Assembly: GCA_964618895.1 (NCBI GenBank)
Contig: CAZUDO010000063.1
Coordinates: 3,279-67,278, forward strand
Origin: an uncultured Candidatus Binatia bacterium
GTDB lineage: Bacteria > Desulfobacterota > Binatia > DP-6
Direction of reading: 5' to 3'
Length of the DNA: 64,000 nt
This document shows positions 36,219-45,479 of this stretch, one piece after another. The translations under genes were made by a program, and so were the position numbers. Under the pieces are notes generated by a model. It saw only the letters and a list, made by a program, of their open reading frames with translations. It did not search any database and was not told the DNA's origin. Numbering within the stretch: position 1 is the stretch's first letter; each line of letters begins with the position of its first letter.

Positions 36219-36977
36219 ATGCCCACATCGTACGACGGGCCCGTCCTCACACGCCGCGCGCTGCTTCGGCTCATCGGCGTCACGCCATTCGTCCCCATCG
36301 CACTCCAAGGAGGAACGACCATGGCAGCAGAACCATCAGGCCGGCCGCTCGCCTACCGCGGCGAGCACCAGGTGAAACCGCTTCCCTTCAACCCCGCGCA
36401 GCTCACCGGGCTCTCCGAGAAGCTCCTCACGTCGCACCACCAGAACAACTACACCGGAGCCGTGAAGCGGCTGAATCTCATCGAGCAGCAGCTCGGCGCG
36501 CTCCCGAAGGATGCCCTGCCCTACCAGATGGGCTCGCTCAAGCGCGAAGAACTCATCGCCACCAACTCGATGCTCCTGCACGAGGCCTACTTCGCGAACC
36601 TCGGCGGCAGCGGCGCCGCCGACGGCAGCTTCGCCGCGCTGGTCAAGACGGCCTACGGCTCGCTCGCCACCTGGGAACACGACTTCCGCCTGACCGGGAT
36701 GTCCCTCGCCGGCGGCTCCGGCTGGGTCGTCACGAGCTACGACCCCTACGCGCACGAGCTGCACAACTGGTGGGCGTTCGACCACACCCACGGCATCGCC
36801 GGCGGCACCCCCGTCCTGGTCATGGACATGTACGAACACAGCTACCACATGGACTACGGGGCCAACGCCAAGGGCTACATCGACGCCTTCTTCCAGAACG
36901 TCAACTGGGACGAGGTCAACCGACGCCTCGACGAGGCGCGGAAGGGAACGCGCACGACCTCGGGCACGACGCCATGA
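36219..36977 (+). CDS. Fe/Mn superoxide dismutase (ChrC-like) with a Tat-like N-terminal extension
   Basis: 'SHHQNNY', 'LLHEAYF', 'GGSGW', 'DMYEHSY'; 'TRRALLR'; second SD plus ATG at 36321. Confidence 0.88.
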   Translation: MPTSYDGPVLTRRALLRLIGVTPFVPIALQGGTTMAAEPSGRPLAYRGEHQVKPLPFNPAQLTGLSEKLLTSHHQNNYTGAVKRLNLIEQQLGALPKDALPYQMGSLKREELIATNSMLLHEAYFANLGGSGAADGSFAALVKTAYGSLATWEHDFRLTGMSLAGGSGWVVTSYDPYAHELHNWWAFDHTHGIAGGTPVLVMDMYEHSYHMDYGANAKGYIDAFFQNVNWDEVNRRLDEARKGTRTTSGTTP

Positions 36978-37645
36978 CACGCACGGCGCTCATTACGCTC
37001 GCCTCCGTGGTGCTCAGCGCAGAAGCATCCATGCCGCCAACACCGATCACGTTCGACGACGCGGAGGTGGGACACACGCCCGCGGGATTCACGACGGCGC
37101 TCACCGGGGCGGGCGGACCGGTCTCCTGGGTCGTCCAGGAAGACCCCACCGCGCCAAGCGGGACGAGAGTACTCGTGCAGACGAGCGCAGACACGACGGA
37201 CGCACGGTTCCCCCTGTGCATCTACGACGGGGTCTCGACCGCCGACGTGACCCTGAGCGTCAAGTTCAAAGCGGTGAGCGGCACGATCGACCAGGCGGCG
37301 GGGCTCGTCTGGCGCTACCAGAGCCCGGCCAACTACTACCTCGTACGCGCCAACGCCCTGGAAGGAAACGTCGTCCTCTACAAGGTCGAGAACGGCACAC
37401 GCTCGGACTTGAAACCCGTCGGCAGTGGCGGGTTCCTCACCTACGGCAAGAAGGTTCCCGTGGCGCAGGGCCGCTGGCAGACGCTCGCGGTGGACGTCCG
37501 CGGTCCGCGGTTCAGTGTCGCCCTGAACGGCGAACACCTCTTCGATGTCGAAGATGGAACGTTCAGCGCGCCGGGGAAGGTCGGGCTATGGACGAAGGCC
37601 GATAGTGTGACCGCCTTCGATGACCTCACCGTGGGGGTCCGGTGA
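36974..37645 (+). CDS. DUF1080/GH16-like lectin-fold exported protein
   Basis: 'AGLVWRYQSPANYYLVRANALE', 'GKVGLWTKADSVTAFDDL'; ATGA overlap. Confidence 0.8.
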   Translation: MTRTALITLASVVLSAEASMPPTPITFDDAEVGHTPAGFTTALTGAGGPVSWVVQEDPTAPSGTRVLVQTSADTTDARFPLCIYDGVSTADVTLSVKFKAVSGTIDQAAGLVWRYQSPANYYLVRANALEGNVVLYKVENGTRSDLKPVGSGGFLTYGKKVPVAQGRWQTLAVDVRGPRFSVALNGEHLFDVEDGTFSAPGKVGLWTKADSVTAFDDLTVGVR

Positions 37646-38673
37646 CCTCCCGCGCAGCGCTCCTCGTGTCCGCGTGCGTCGCCGCCCTCGGCGCCTGCCA
37701 CACGACGAGCGAAGTCGTGGTCTACACCTCCGTCGATGACGTCTTTGCGCGGCCCATCGCGGAGCAGTTTCAGCGCGAAACCGGCATCGCCGTCCGGCTC
37801 GTCCCCGATACGGAAGAGACCAAGAGTACCGGACTGGTCAATCGCCTGATCGCAGAGAAGGCCCGGCCACAGGCCGACGTGTTCTGGAGTGGAGATCCCG
37901 TCCGGGCCGCCATCTTGAAGACGCAGGGCGTCTCGGCGGCCTACCGTTCGCCGGCTGCGGTCGGTCTTCCCGCGCGGTTCTCCGACCCCGACGGGCACTG
38001 GACCGGCTTCTCTGCCCGGGCCCGTGTTCTCGTCTACAACACGACGCTGGTGACCCCCGAGCAGGCACCCACGTCGATCCTCCAACTCACAGAGGACCGC
38101 TTCCGTGGCCGGGCCTGTCTTGCGAACCCGCTCTTCGGCACCACGTCGATGCATGCGGCCGCGCTCTTTGCCGTCCTCGGGGACGAGAAGGCGCGCGTGT
38201 TCTTCCAGGCCTTCGCGCACAACGCCGGCCGCCTGGTGTCCTCGAACGGCGAGGTGCGCCGCCGCGTGGCCAGCGGCGACTGCGCCGTCGGTGTGACCGA
38301 CACGGACGACGCCGCCGTGGCCCGCCAGGAAGGAAAGCCGCTGGGCGTCGTCTACCCCGACGCCGACGGCATGGGCACCCTCATCGTGCCCAACTGCACC
38401 GTGCTCATCGCCGGCGCCCCTCATCCAGAGGCTGCGCGGCACTTCATCGACTACCTGTTGCGACCCGCCACCGAGCAGCGCCTGGCCGAAAGTGACGCGG
38501 CCCAGATGCCGCTCCGCCCCGGCGTCCCGGTGCCTCGCGGCGTCTGGCCCATCGTGCAGTTGAAGCCGCTCGCCGTCGACTACGCCACGCTCGGCGCAAG
38601 ACTCGAGGAACTGTCCCAAGGCTACTTGAGGACCTGGGTCGAGGCGCAGCTCACGGGACCGCACCCGACATGA
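37642..38673 (+). CDS. ABC transporter substrate-binding lipoprotein (Fe3+/thiamine-type)
   Basis: Lipobox 'LGAC'; 'VVVYTS', 'ADVFWS', 'ARHFIDYLL'. Confidence 0.9.
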   Translation: MTSRAALLVSACVAALGACHTTSEVVVYTSVDDVFARPIAEQFQRETGIAVRLVPDTEETKSTGLVNRLIAEKARPQADVFWSGDPVRAAILKTQGVSAAYRSPAAVGLPARFSDPDGHWTGFSARARVLVYNTTLVTPEQAPTSILQLTEDRFRGRACLANPLFGTTSMHAAALFAVLGDEKARVFFQAFAHNAGRLVSSNGEVRRRVASGDCAVGVTDTDDAAVARQEGKPLGVVYPDADGMGTLIVPNCTVLIAGAPHPEAARHFIDYLLRPATEQRLAESDAAQMPLRPGVPVPRGVWPIVQLKPLAVDYATLGARLEELSQGYLRTWVEAQLTGPHPT

Positions 38674-40208
38674 GGTCCGTCCTCTTCCTGGAGCAACCGG
38701 GCCGCTGGCGCACCGCAAGCGTCGCCGCGTTGCTGCTCCTCGGGGCCTTGCCCGTCTTCCCGCTCCTCTCGCGCGCGCTCCGACCCGACGCGCCGGCGCT
38801 GGGCGACGCGTTCTGCTCGAGCCTCCGACTGAGTGCCGTGGTCGCGGGTGGCGCGTCACTGCTCGGCGGCGTGGTCGGCCTGCCCCTCGGGATCCTCGCT
38901 GCTTTGTACGACTTCCCGGGTCGCAGAGCCCTCCTCGTGATCACAACCCTCCCGCTCGTTGTGCCGCCGTTTCTCTGGGCCATCGGCTGGTCGGCGCTTG
39001 CCATCCGGCTTCCGCCATCTCTCGGCTGCGTCGTCGTCTTTGCCGCCGCCACCACACCCTTGGTCCTGCTCGCGACCTACGCAGCGACACGCGAACTTTC
39101 CCGCTCCCAGGTAGAGGCTGCGCGCCTCGCGGGAGGAGAGGCGAGAGTCCTTTGTCGCGCCGCCCAGCATACACGTCTGCCGGCGCTCCTCGCCGCCGCG
39201 CTGGGCGGCGTCCTCACGCTTGCCGACCCGGGTACCGGACAGATTCTCGGGGCACACAGCGCCGCCGCGGAGGTGCTGACCAGCTTTGCCGCCCGTTACG
39301 ACGTCACGCTTGCCGCCCGGCAGGGGCTGGCGCTCGCCGCGCTGGTCCTTGCGCTGTCCGTACCACTGGCGGCGCTCGCCGGGCCACAGCTCGCGCATGC
39401 CGTGCTCGGTCGTCAAACGACACACGGCGTGACGAGACACCGGGGCGGGGCCACTGCGGCGACCATCGGCTTCGTCATCGTGACCGCCGTGAACGTCGGC
39501 CTTCCCCTCGGCGGCTTGCTCCTCCCACTCGTCTCCGGCCCCGACCAACACAACCATTTCGGGCTCGTCCTCTTTGCTGCCCTCGCGACGGCGGCCCGAA
39601 CCGCGACCAACACGCTGCTCTATTCAGGCGGGGCGGCGCTCGTGGCGACCACGCTGGGCTTTGCCGTCGCGCTCGCGGTCGGTCGGAGCGGGCGTCTCCG
39701 CAGCGTCGCCCTCGCGGTCGCACTCGCGCTGTTCGCGTGGCCACCAGCGGCGAGCGCGCTCGGCGTCGTCGCAACCGCCGCGGCGTCTCCGCCGTGGCTG
39801 GATCCGCTCCTTCGCAGTCGTCTCACCGTGTGCGTCGTGCTCGGCCTGCGTCTCTTCCCCATCAGCACCGTGCTGGCCCTCCGGGCCTGGGGAGCGATGT
39901 CGCCCTCCTGGGTTCACGCCGCGGCCCTCCACGGCGTTTCGCCCTGGACGTATCTCCGCCGTGTCGCCTGGCCAGCCCTTCGTCCGAGCGCCGCGGGCTC
40001 GCTCGCCCTGGTCAGCCTCCTCGCCTCTGCCGACGTCGGCACGGTGCTCATGCTGCATCCCCCGGGGCAGGACTCACTTCCCCTTGCGATCTTCACGGTG
40101 ATGGCGAATGCGCCGGAGAGCACTGTCAGCGGGCTCTGCCTCGTCTATCTCCTGGCCGCGTTCACGATGCTGTCGACGGCGTTCCGCTTCGCCCCGGAAG
40201 AGCCATGA
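38670..40208 (+). CDS. ABC transporter permease (duplicated, FbpB-like)
   Basis: Two EAA-like loops 'VEAARLAG' and 'VHAAALHG'; multiple TM helices. Confidence 0.85.
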   Translation: MRSVLFLEQPGRWRTASVAALLLLGALPVFPLLSRALRPDAPALGDAFCSSLRLSAVVAGGASLLGGVVGLPLGILAALYDFPGRRALLVITTLPLVVPPFLWAIGWSALAIRLPPSLGCVVVFAAATTPLVLLATYAATRELSRSQVEAARLAGGEARVLCRAAQHTRLPALLAAALGGVLTLADPGTGQILGAHSAAAEVLTSFAARYDVTLAARQGLALAALVLALSVPLAALAGPQLAHAVLGRQTTHGVTRHRGGATAATIGFVIVTAVNVGLPLGGLLLPLVSGPDQHNHFGLVLFAALATAARTATNTLLYSGGAALVATTLGFAVALAVGRSGRLRSVALAVALALFAWPPAASALGVVATAAASPPWLDPLLRSRLTVCVVLGLRLFPISTVLALRAWGAMSPSWVHAAALHGVSPWTYLRRVAWPALRPSAAGSLALVSLLASADVGTVLMLHPPGQDSLPLAIFTVMANAPESTVSGLCLVYLLAAFTMLSTAFRFAPEEP

Positions 40209-40957
40209 TCGGCCGCGCCTCACTCGAGCTGCGCGGTGTTTCCAAGCGCCACGGGACAGCGACGCTGCTCGCCGAGTGCGACTTGACCATCCGCGAAGGT
40301 GAGCACACGGCCATTCTCGGGCGCTCGGGGGCAGGCAAGTCCACGACACTGCGCCTCCTCGCGGGACTCGAGCCGCCGACGAGCGGGCAGGTTCTCGTAG
40401 ACACGACGCCGGCCTCAGGGCCGGGGCGTATCGCTCTTCCGGCACATCAACGTCGCGTCGCCATGGTGTTCCAGGACCTCGGGCTGTGGCCTTCGCTGAG
40501 CGTCGTCGACAACATCTTGCTGGGGACCGGGGCGACCACCCGTGGGCAGCGGCACCTGCGGGAACGGGCGCTCGCGGCGATGCGCCTCTGTCGCATCGAC
40601 ACGCTGGCTGACCGGCGTCCCGGCTCGCTCTCTGGCGGCGAGCAGCAGCGCGTGGCGCTTGCGAGGGCCGTCGCGGCCGAACCGCGCTTCCTGTTCCTCG
40701 ACGAGCCGTTTGCCGGGCTCGATCTGTGCACCAAACGGGAACTCCTCACGGACATCTCGCACCTCGCGGCCATGGCACGCACCACGCTCGTGCTCGTCAC
40801 CCACGACCCGACCGAGGCGCTCTCCCTCTGTAGCCGCGCCGTGGTGCTCGACGGCGGACGAGTGCAGGCGGACGGTCCCTGGGCAGAGCTGCTGCACGAA
40901 CCACGATCGGACGTGTTGCGTGCCTTCGGAGACCGTGGATTCAGATCGCGATCTTGA
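40205..40957 (+). CDS. ABC transporter ATP-binding protein
   Basis: 'GRSGAGKST', 'LSGGEQQRVALARA', 'FLDEPF', 'VTHD'. Confidence 0.92.
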   Translation: MIGRASLELRGVSKRHGTATLLAECDLTIREGEHTAILGRSGAGKSTTLRLLAGLEPPTSGQVLVDTTPASGPGRIALPAHQRRVAMVFQDLGLWPSLSVVDNILLGTGATTRGQRHLRERALAAMRLCRIDTLADRRPGSLSGGEQQRVALARAVAAEPRFLFLDEPFAGLDLCTKRELLTDISHLAAMARTTLVLVTHDPTEALSLCSRAVVLDGGRVQADGPWAELLHEPRSDVLRAFGDRGFRSRS

Positions 40958-41030
40958 GCGCGATCTGATCAAACATCGCCCTGGGGGCCTTCCGGTTACG
41001 TCCCGCCCTGCCACGGCCGCGCTCACCTAC

Positions 41031-41165
41031 CGAGAAGAAGACCTCGTCGCGCTGCCGGGGTCGCGGACGCGCGCCACCGGTCCGGGCCAGGGTACGAAAC
41101 GACTTTCGAAACGTCTCCATCGCCTCGGTGACGGGCTTGATCTTGATCGTCAGCACCTTGGTCAT
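41031..41165 (-). pseudogene. N-terminal fragment of an HVO_A0114-like predicted transcriptional regulator/antitoxin
   Basis: 'MTKVLTIKIKPVTEAMETFRKSF...DEVFFS'; the expected wHTH half is absent. Confidence 0.5.
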
Positions 41166-41223
41166 GGCTCTTCCGGATTTCGGGTGGGTCCGTCGCGTCG
41201 ACCGGCGGCCGACCGCGCGTCCG

Positions 41224-41898
41224 TCACGGACCGCTCGCAGCGCGTGCACCGCGAGGGGCCTCGTCGACCCGGAGCCGGCCGTGCCGGAGCCAGCCCACCC
41301 GCGCCAACCAGGTATGTGCGGCCCGGACCGGCGACGGGCCGGGCGGCCGCGCCAGGGGCGTCCGCCAGCCGAGGAACCACGCCGCGGACGAGCACGGATC
41401 CGTCCCGCGTACGCCGGGGCTGTGTTTCGCAAAGTTCTGGAGCACGTATACCAGCGCGGCCCGGACCTCGCGCGGCGACGCGAGCCGCCGTGCGTGATAG
41501 CGGTCGCCCCACACCTGGCCGTGGCGCCCGCACGTCCGGTTCACCGCCTTAGCGACGCGAATCATGAGGCCCTGCACGCCGCGGACGAAGCGCGCCGGCG
41601 CGTCGGCTTCCACCACGAGGTGGACGTGGTCCCGTTGTGCGCTGAACTGCAACACGCGAAACCGGGTGGACGAGGATGCGCCCAGGGCCGCCCGCAGCGC
41701 GCCAAATACCCGCGCGCCCCGGAGGGACGGCACGCCCGCGACCGCGCGCAGGGTGACGTGCACCGGGCAGTGCCGATCGTGCGGCGGGCGCATCCGATGG
41801 GGGACGCGACGCCGGCCGGGCGTGGGCGGGCGACCCGCGCCGCGGCGGGCGCCGCCCCAGGAGCGGAAGGTGAAGAGGGTTTGCATCGGGCGCGCCAT
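41224..41898 (-). mobile_element. REP-associated tyrosine (Y1 HUH) transposase, RAYT
   Basis: 'PVHVTLR', HUH 'DHVHLVVEA', 'WGDRYHAR', 'VYVLQN'. Confidence 0.88.
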
Positions 41899-41912
41899 CT
41901 TGAAACGGGCAC

Positions 41913-41941
41913 ATATTATAGCAAGCTTGCTCCCATGTCAA
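41913..41941 (-). promoter_or_regulatory. Near-consensus sigma70 promoter of the RAYT with a 12-bp palindrome in the spacer
   Basis: Minus strand: TTGACA (41941-36), 15 nt, TATAAT (41920-15), or TAATAT at 17 nt; AGCAAGCTTGCT at 41920-41931. Confidence 0.75.
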
Positions 41942-42212
41942 GCGCGGCACATCGTCACGGCGATCCATGCGGCCTCACCCCCGAGCGCCGCGCGGGGGCT
42001 CGCGTCGGCGCCGCATGCCCCGGCCCGAGTCGCCGTCGGCGGTCCACCTGGCCACGGGCGCTCGGCCACCCGCGCCCGGCGGTGGGCGCGTCCCTCCCGT
42101 CCACCGGCGCTCCCCGGCCACACAACCGGACCCGGAAGCGCCTTGGCCATTTGGGTCTCCAGTCACCCGCCGGACGTCGACAGTGAAGTCCGCCAGGAGA
42201 GGTTCAGACCCT

Positions 42213-42385
42213 TCAATGGAGCCGTTCGATGGCGACTACGTTGACAACGTGTTGATCCGGGATGAGGTCGAGGAAGACGAGGTAGTATTGCCGCCTATCG
42301 CATAGACCTCATGGCAGCAAAGAGCCGGTCAGCTTCGACGCGCGGGAACCTTGTGACGGCGACTTTGAGCGTGGGCCTCAGCCTC
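42213..42385 (-). pseudogene. Degraded RelE/ParE-like toxin
   Basis: 'PTLKVAVTRFPRVEADRLFAAMRSMR*' (TAG 42297-95), then in another frame 'YYLVFLDLIPDQHVVNVVAIERLH*'; no start codon, middle part missing. Confidence 0.5.
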
Positions 42386-42544
42386 CTCGAGCGTGACGTA
42401 GTCACCACGACGGATGGCGGCGCGCCCCGCCTCGATGGCACGCAGCTGCGCCGGAGTCAGGGACCGAGGTGTCCAAGGCACATCCTTGGAGGTCGCATGG
42501 ACTCGCTGGGGCATGGGGCGCGCCCTGCGGGGATTCGGCGGCAT
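42329..42544 (-). CDS. Small antitoxin-like protein
   Basis: 'LTPAQLRAIEAGRAAIRRGDYVTLEE'; upstream TTGACG (42586-81) and GATGG-N7-CCATC inverted repeat (42565-81). Confidence 0.55.
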   Translation of the reverse strand: MPPNPRRARPMPQRVHATSKDVPWTPRSLTPAQLRAIEAGRAAIRRGDYVTLEEAEAHAQSRRHKVPARRS

Positions 42545-42654
42545 GGCTCCGGACACATAGTGCCGATGGATGTAGACCATCGTCAAGCCGAGGCCTTCCG
42601 GACTGCGGCCGTGTTGCGGCCGATCCCCCCCGTTGCTACCTCTGCCCGCGGGTC

Positions 42655-43896
42655 ATGGTGTGGATCGTCGGCGTGGTGGTCGGGCTGGTCGTGCTGGGCT
42701 CCGTGCTGGCGGTGGCGGAATCGTCGATCAGCCGCATGACGCGGGTGCGGGCCGGGGCGCTCCGCCAGGAGGGCCGCCGGAACGCCGTGCTCCTCGAGCA
42801 CATCGAGCGCGACCCGCCGCCGTATCTGAACTCCGTCTACCTGGCGGTCATGTTCGCGCAGAACGGGTCGGCGATCCTGGTGGCGATCCTGGCCGCGCGC
42901 CACTTCGACGACCTGGGCATCACCCTCGTCTCCCTCGGCTTCACCCTCGCGTACTTCGTGGTCGTCGAGGCCATGGCGAAGACGTTCGGCATCCTGCACA
43001 GCGACCGGGCCGCGTTGGCGGTGGCGCCCGTCGTCTGGCTGCTCGGGCGCCTGCTCGCCGTGCCGGCGCGCGCCCTCATCGGCCTCGCCAACGTGCTGCT
43101 TCCCGGCAAGGGGCTGAAGCAGGGTCCGTTCGTCTCCGAGGAGGATATCCGCTCGATGGCGGACGTGGGACACCAGGAGGGCGTCATCGAGGAGTCGGAG
43201 AAGGACATGATCCACTCCCTCTTCCACTTCGGCGATCTACTCGTGCGCCAGCTCATGATCCCGCGACCCGACATCGTCGCCATCGACGTGGCGGGCTCGC
43301 TGCACGACGCCCACACGTTGATCGTGCAGCACGGGTTCACGCGCGTCCCCGCCTATCGCGACGACCTCGATCGGACCGAAGGGATCGTGCACGCCAAGGA
43401 CATCCTGCAGGCGCTGCTCGAGGGCCGGCAGGACACCCCGCTCGCGGCACTCCTCCGGCCCGTCCACTTCGCGCCGGAGTCGAAACGCGCCGCCGCGCTC
43501 CTGCGCGAGATGCAGCGCGAGCGGTTCCACCTCGCCATGGTGACCGACGAGTACGGCTCCGTCTCCGGTCTGGTCACGCTCGAGAACCTGCTCGAAGAGC
43601 TGGTCGGCGCGATCGGCGAGGAGCACGAGTGGGAGGCGCCCGACGTCGAGCCACTGGGCGACGGGCACTATCGCGTCGACGCGAGCCTCCCCGTCCGCGA
43701 GCTGAACGAGCTGCTCGGCACCGACCTGCCGCACGAGCAGTGGAACACCGTGGGCGGGCTCATGTTCGGGCTGCTCGGGACGATTCCCGTCCAGGGGCAG
43801 GCGGTGACGCTCAAGGGGTTCCAGTTCGTGGCCGAGAAGGTCCACGGCCGCCGCGTCGCGACCGTGCTCGTCACGCGGCAGCCGGTACCGGGTTGA
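42655..43896 (+). CDS. CNNM/DUF21-CBS-CorC (hemolysin C/TlyC family) membrane protein
   Basis: TM DUF21 region, 'HGFTRVPAY', 'VTDEYGSVSGLVTLENLLEELVG', CorC tail 'WNTVGGLM'. Confidence 0.93.
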   Translation: MVWIVGVVVGLVVLGSVLAVAESSISRMTRVRAGALRQEGRRNAVLLEHIERDPPPYLNSVYLAVMFAQNGSAILVAILAARHFDDLGITLVSLGFTLAYFVVVEAMAKTFGILHSDRAALAVAPVVWLLGRLLAVPARALIGLANVLLPGKGLKQGPFVSEEDIRSMADVGHQEGVIEESEKDMIHSLFHFGDLLVRQLMIPRPDIVAIDVAGSLHDAHTLIVQHGFTRVPAYRDDLDRTEGIVHAKDILQALLEGRQDTPLAALLRPVHFAPESKRAAALLREMQRERFHLAMVTDEYGSVSGLVTLENLLEELVGAIGEEHEWEAPDVEPLGDGHYRVDASLPVRELNELLGTDLPHEQWNTVGGLMFGLLGTIPVQGQAVTLKGFQFVAEKVHGRRVATVLVTRQPVPG

Positions 43897-45479
43897 TGCC
43901 TCCCATACGCCGCGTGGCGATCGTCATCCTACTGGCCGGGCTCGCAGCCCTCGCCCGCGCCGCCGACGCTCCCGAACACATCATTCAAGAGCAGGTCGAG
44001 CTGCTCCGCAGCGGCGGCATGGTGCAGATCGGCGACGCCACCATCGCCTCCGCCGTCGTCCTGCCGGCGTTCTACGAACACCGTGGCTTCCAGCCGGCGT
44101 GGACCGATGCCACCGCCGACGATCTCCTGCACGCCATCGGGGACAGCGCCCGGCACGGGCTCGATCCAGCCAACTACCATCTGGCCGCGCTCGAACGCCT
44201 GCGCGCCGCCGCGCCCGGCCCGGCGCAACGCGCCGAGCGCGACCTGCTCCAGACCGATGCCCTCATCCGCCTCGCCTATCATCTTCTGTTCGGCAAGGTG
44301 GACCCCGAGCGTCTCGACGCCAACTGGAACTTCACCCGCGACCTGGCGAACCTCGAGCCGGAGGCGACGCTCCAGCAGGCGCTGGTCGAAGGACACGTGT
44401 CCGACTGGCTGACCGGCCTCGCCCCCCACCATCCCTTCTACCGCTCGCTGATAGACGCGTTGGCCGAGCACCGCCGCCTCGAGGCCGCCGGCGGCTGGCC
44501 GGCGGTTCCCGAGGGCCCGACGCTCAAGCCCGGCATGACCGACCCGCGCGTGCCCGCGCTGCGGCGGCGGCTCGTGGTCACCAGGGACCTAGCCACCGAC
44601 GACGCCTCGCCGCTCTACGACGCCACCCTGGCCGCCGCCGTGCGCACGTTCCAGGAGCGCCACGGCCTCACTCCCGACGGGGTCGCCGGCGCCGCCACGG
44701 TGCAGGAGATGAACCTGCCGGTGGGGCACCGCATCGACCAGCTGCGCGCCACCCTGGAGCGCTGCCGCTGGGTGATGCGCGACCTCCCCGGCCGCTTCGT
44801 GCTGGTCAACGTCGCCGGCTTCCAGGTGTACTACATGAAGGACGGCGCGCCGGTCTGGGAATCACCGGTGGTGGTGGGGACCACCTTCAACCGCACGCCG
44901 ATATTCCGCGCCAACATGACGTACGTGGTCCTCAACCCCACCTGGACCGTGCCCCCCGGCATGCTGCGCAACGAGATCCTGCCGGCGATGCGCCGTGACC
45001 CCAAGTACCTCGAGCGTAAGGGCCTGCAGATGGTGGACGGCCGCGTCGTCCAGCCCCCCGGGCCCGGCAACGCGCTCGGGCGCATCAAGCTCATGTTCCC
45101 GAACCCGCACGCCGTCTACCTGCACGACACCCCGTCGCGCGCCGCCTTCCGCGAGACCAGTCGCACCTTCAGCCACGGCTGCGTGCGGGTCGAGAAGCCC
45201 TTCGAGCTGGCCGCCCTGGTGCTCGACGACCCGCAGTGGACCCTGCCGGCGCTGCACGCCGCGGTCGACACCGGGAAGACGCGCACGCTGCTCCTCGCCC
45301 AGCCCCTGCCCGTCCTCATCCTCTATTGGACGGCGGCGGTCGGCCGCGACGGGCGCACGTATTTCCTGCCCGACGTCTACGGGCGCGACCCGGCGATCGT
45401 GCGCGGGCTGGCGGGGCCGTTCGTGTTCTGGAAGCGCCCCGGCTCCGGCGCGGTCACATCGCCCGTGGACGCGCCGTGA
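43896..45479 (+). CDS. L,D-transpeptidase (YcbB/LdtD type) with a PG-binding domain
   Basis: 'FQERHGLTPDG', 'NPTWTVP', 'YLHDTP', 'SHGCVRV'; TGATG coupling. Confidence 0.93.
   Translation: MPPIRRVAIVILLAGLAALARAADAPEHIIQEQVELLRSGGMVQIGDATIASAVVLPAFYEHRGFQPAWTDATADDLLHAIGDSARHGLDPANYHLAALERLRAAAPGPAQRAERDLLQTDALIRLAYHLLFGKVDPERLDANWNFTRDLANLEPEATLQQALVEGHVSDWLTGLAPHHPFYRSLIDALAEHRRLEAAGGWPAVPEGPTLKPGMTDPRVPALRRRLVVTRDLATDDASPLYDATLAAAVRTFQERHGLTPDGVAGAATVQEMNLPVGHRIDQLRATLERCRWVMRDLPGRFVLVNVAGFQVYYMKDGAPVWESPVVVGTTFNRTPIFRANMTYVVLNPTWTVPPGMLRNEILPAMRRDPKYLERKGLQMVDGRVVQPPGPGNALGRIKLMFPNPHAVYLHDTPSRAAFRETSRTFSHGCVRVEKPFELAALVLDDPQWTLPALHAAVDTGKTRTLLLAQPLPVLILYWTAAVGRDGRTYFLPDVYGRDPAIVRGLAGPFVFWKRPGSGAVTSPVDAP

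Larger units (their letters stand above)
22660..42600. mobile_element. Mosaic accessory region (degraded genomic island candidate) starting at the selC 3' end
   Basis: Codon style changes right after the tRNA; small orphans, metal/redox cargo, low-GC block, RAYT and TA remnants. No integrase or attR repeat found, so the right boundary is uncertain. Confidence 0.45.

Noticed and set aside
40990-41013. '...GGTTACGTCCCGCCCTGCCA' as attR of the selC island
   Set aside because: Only the terminal GCCA matches the tRNA-Sec 3' end; too little identity.
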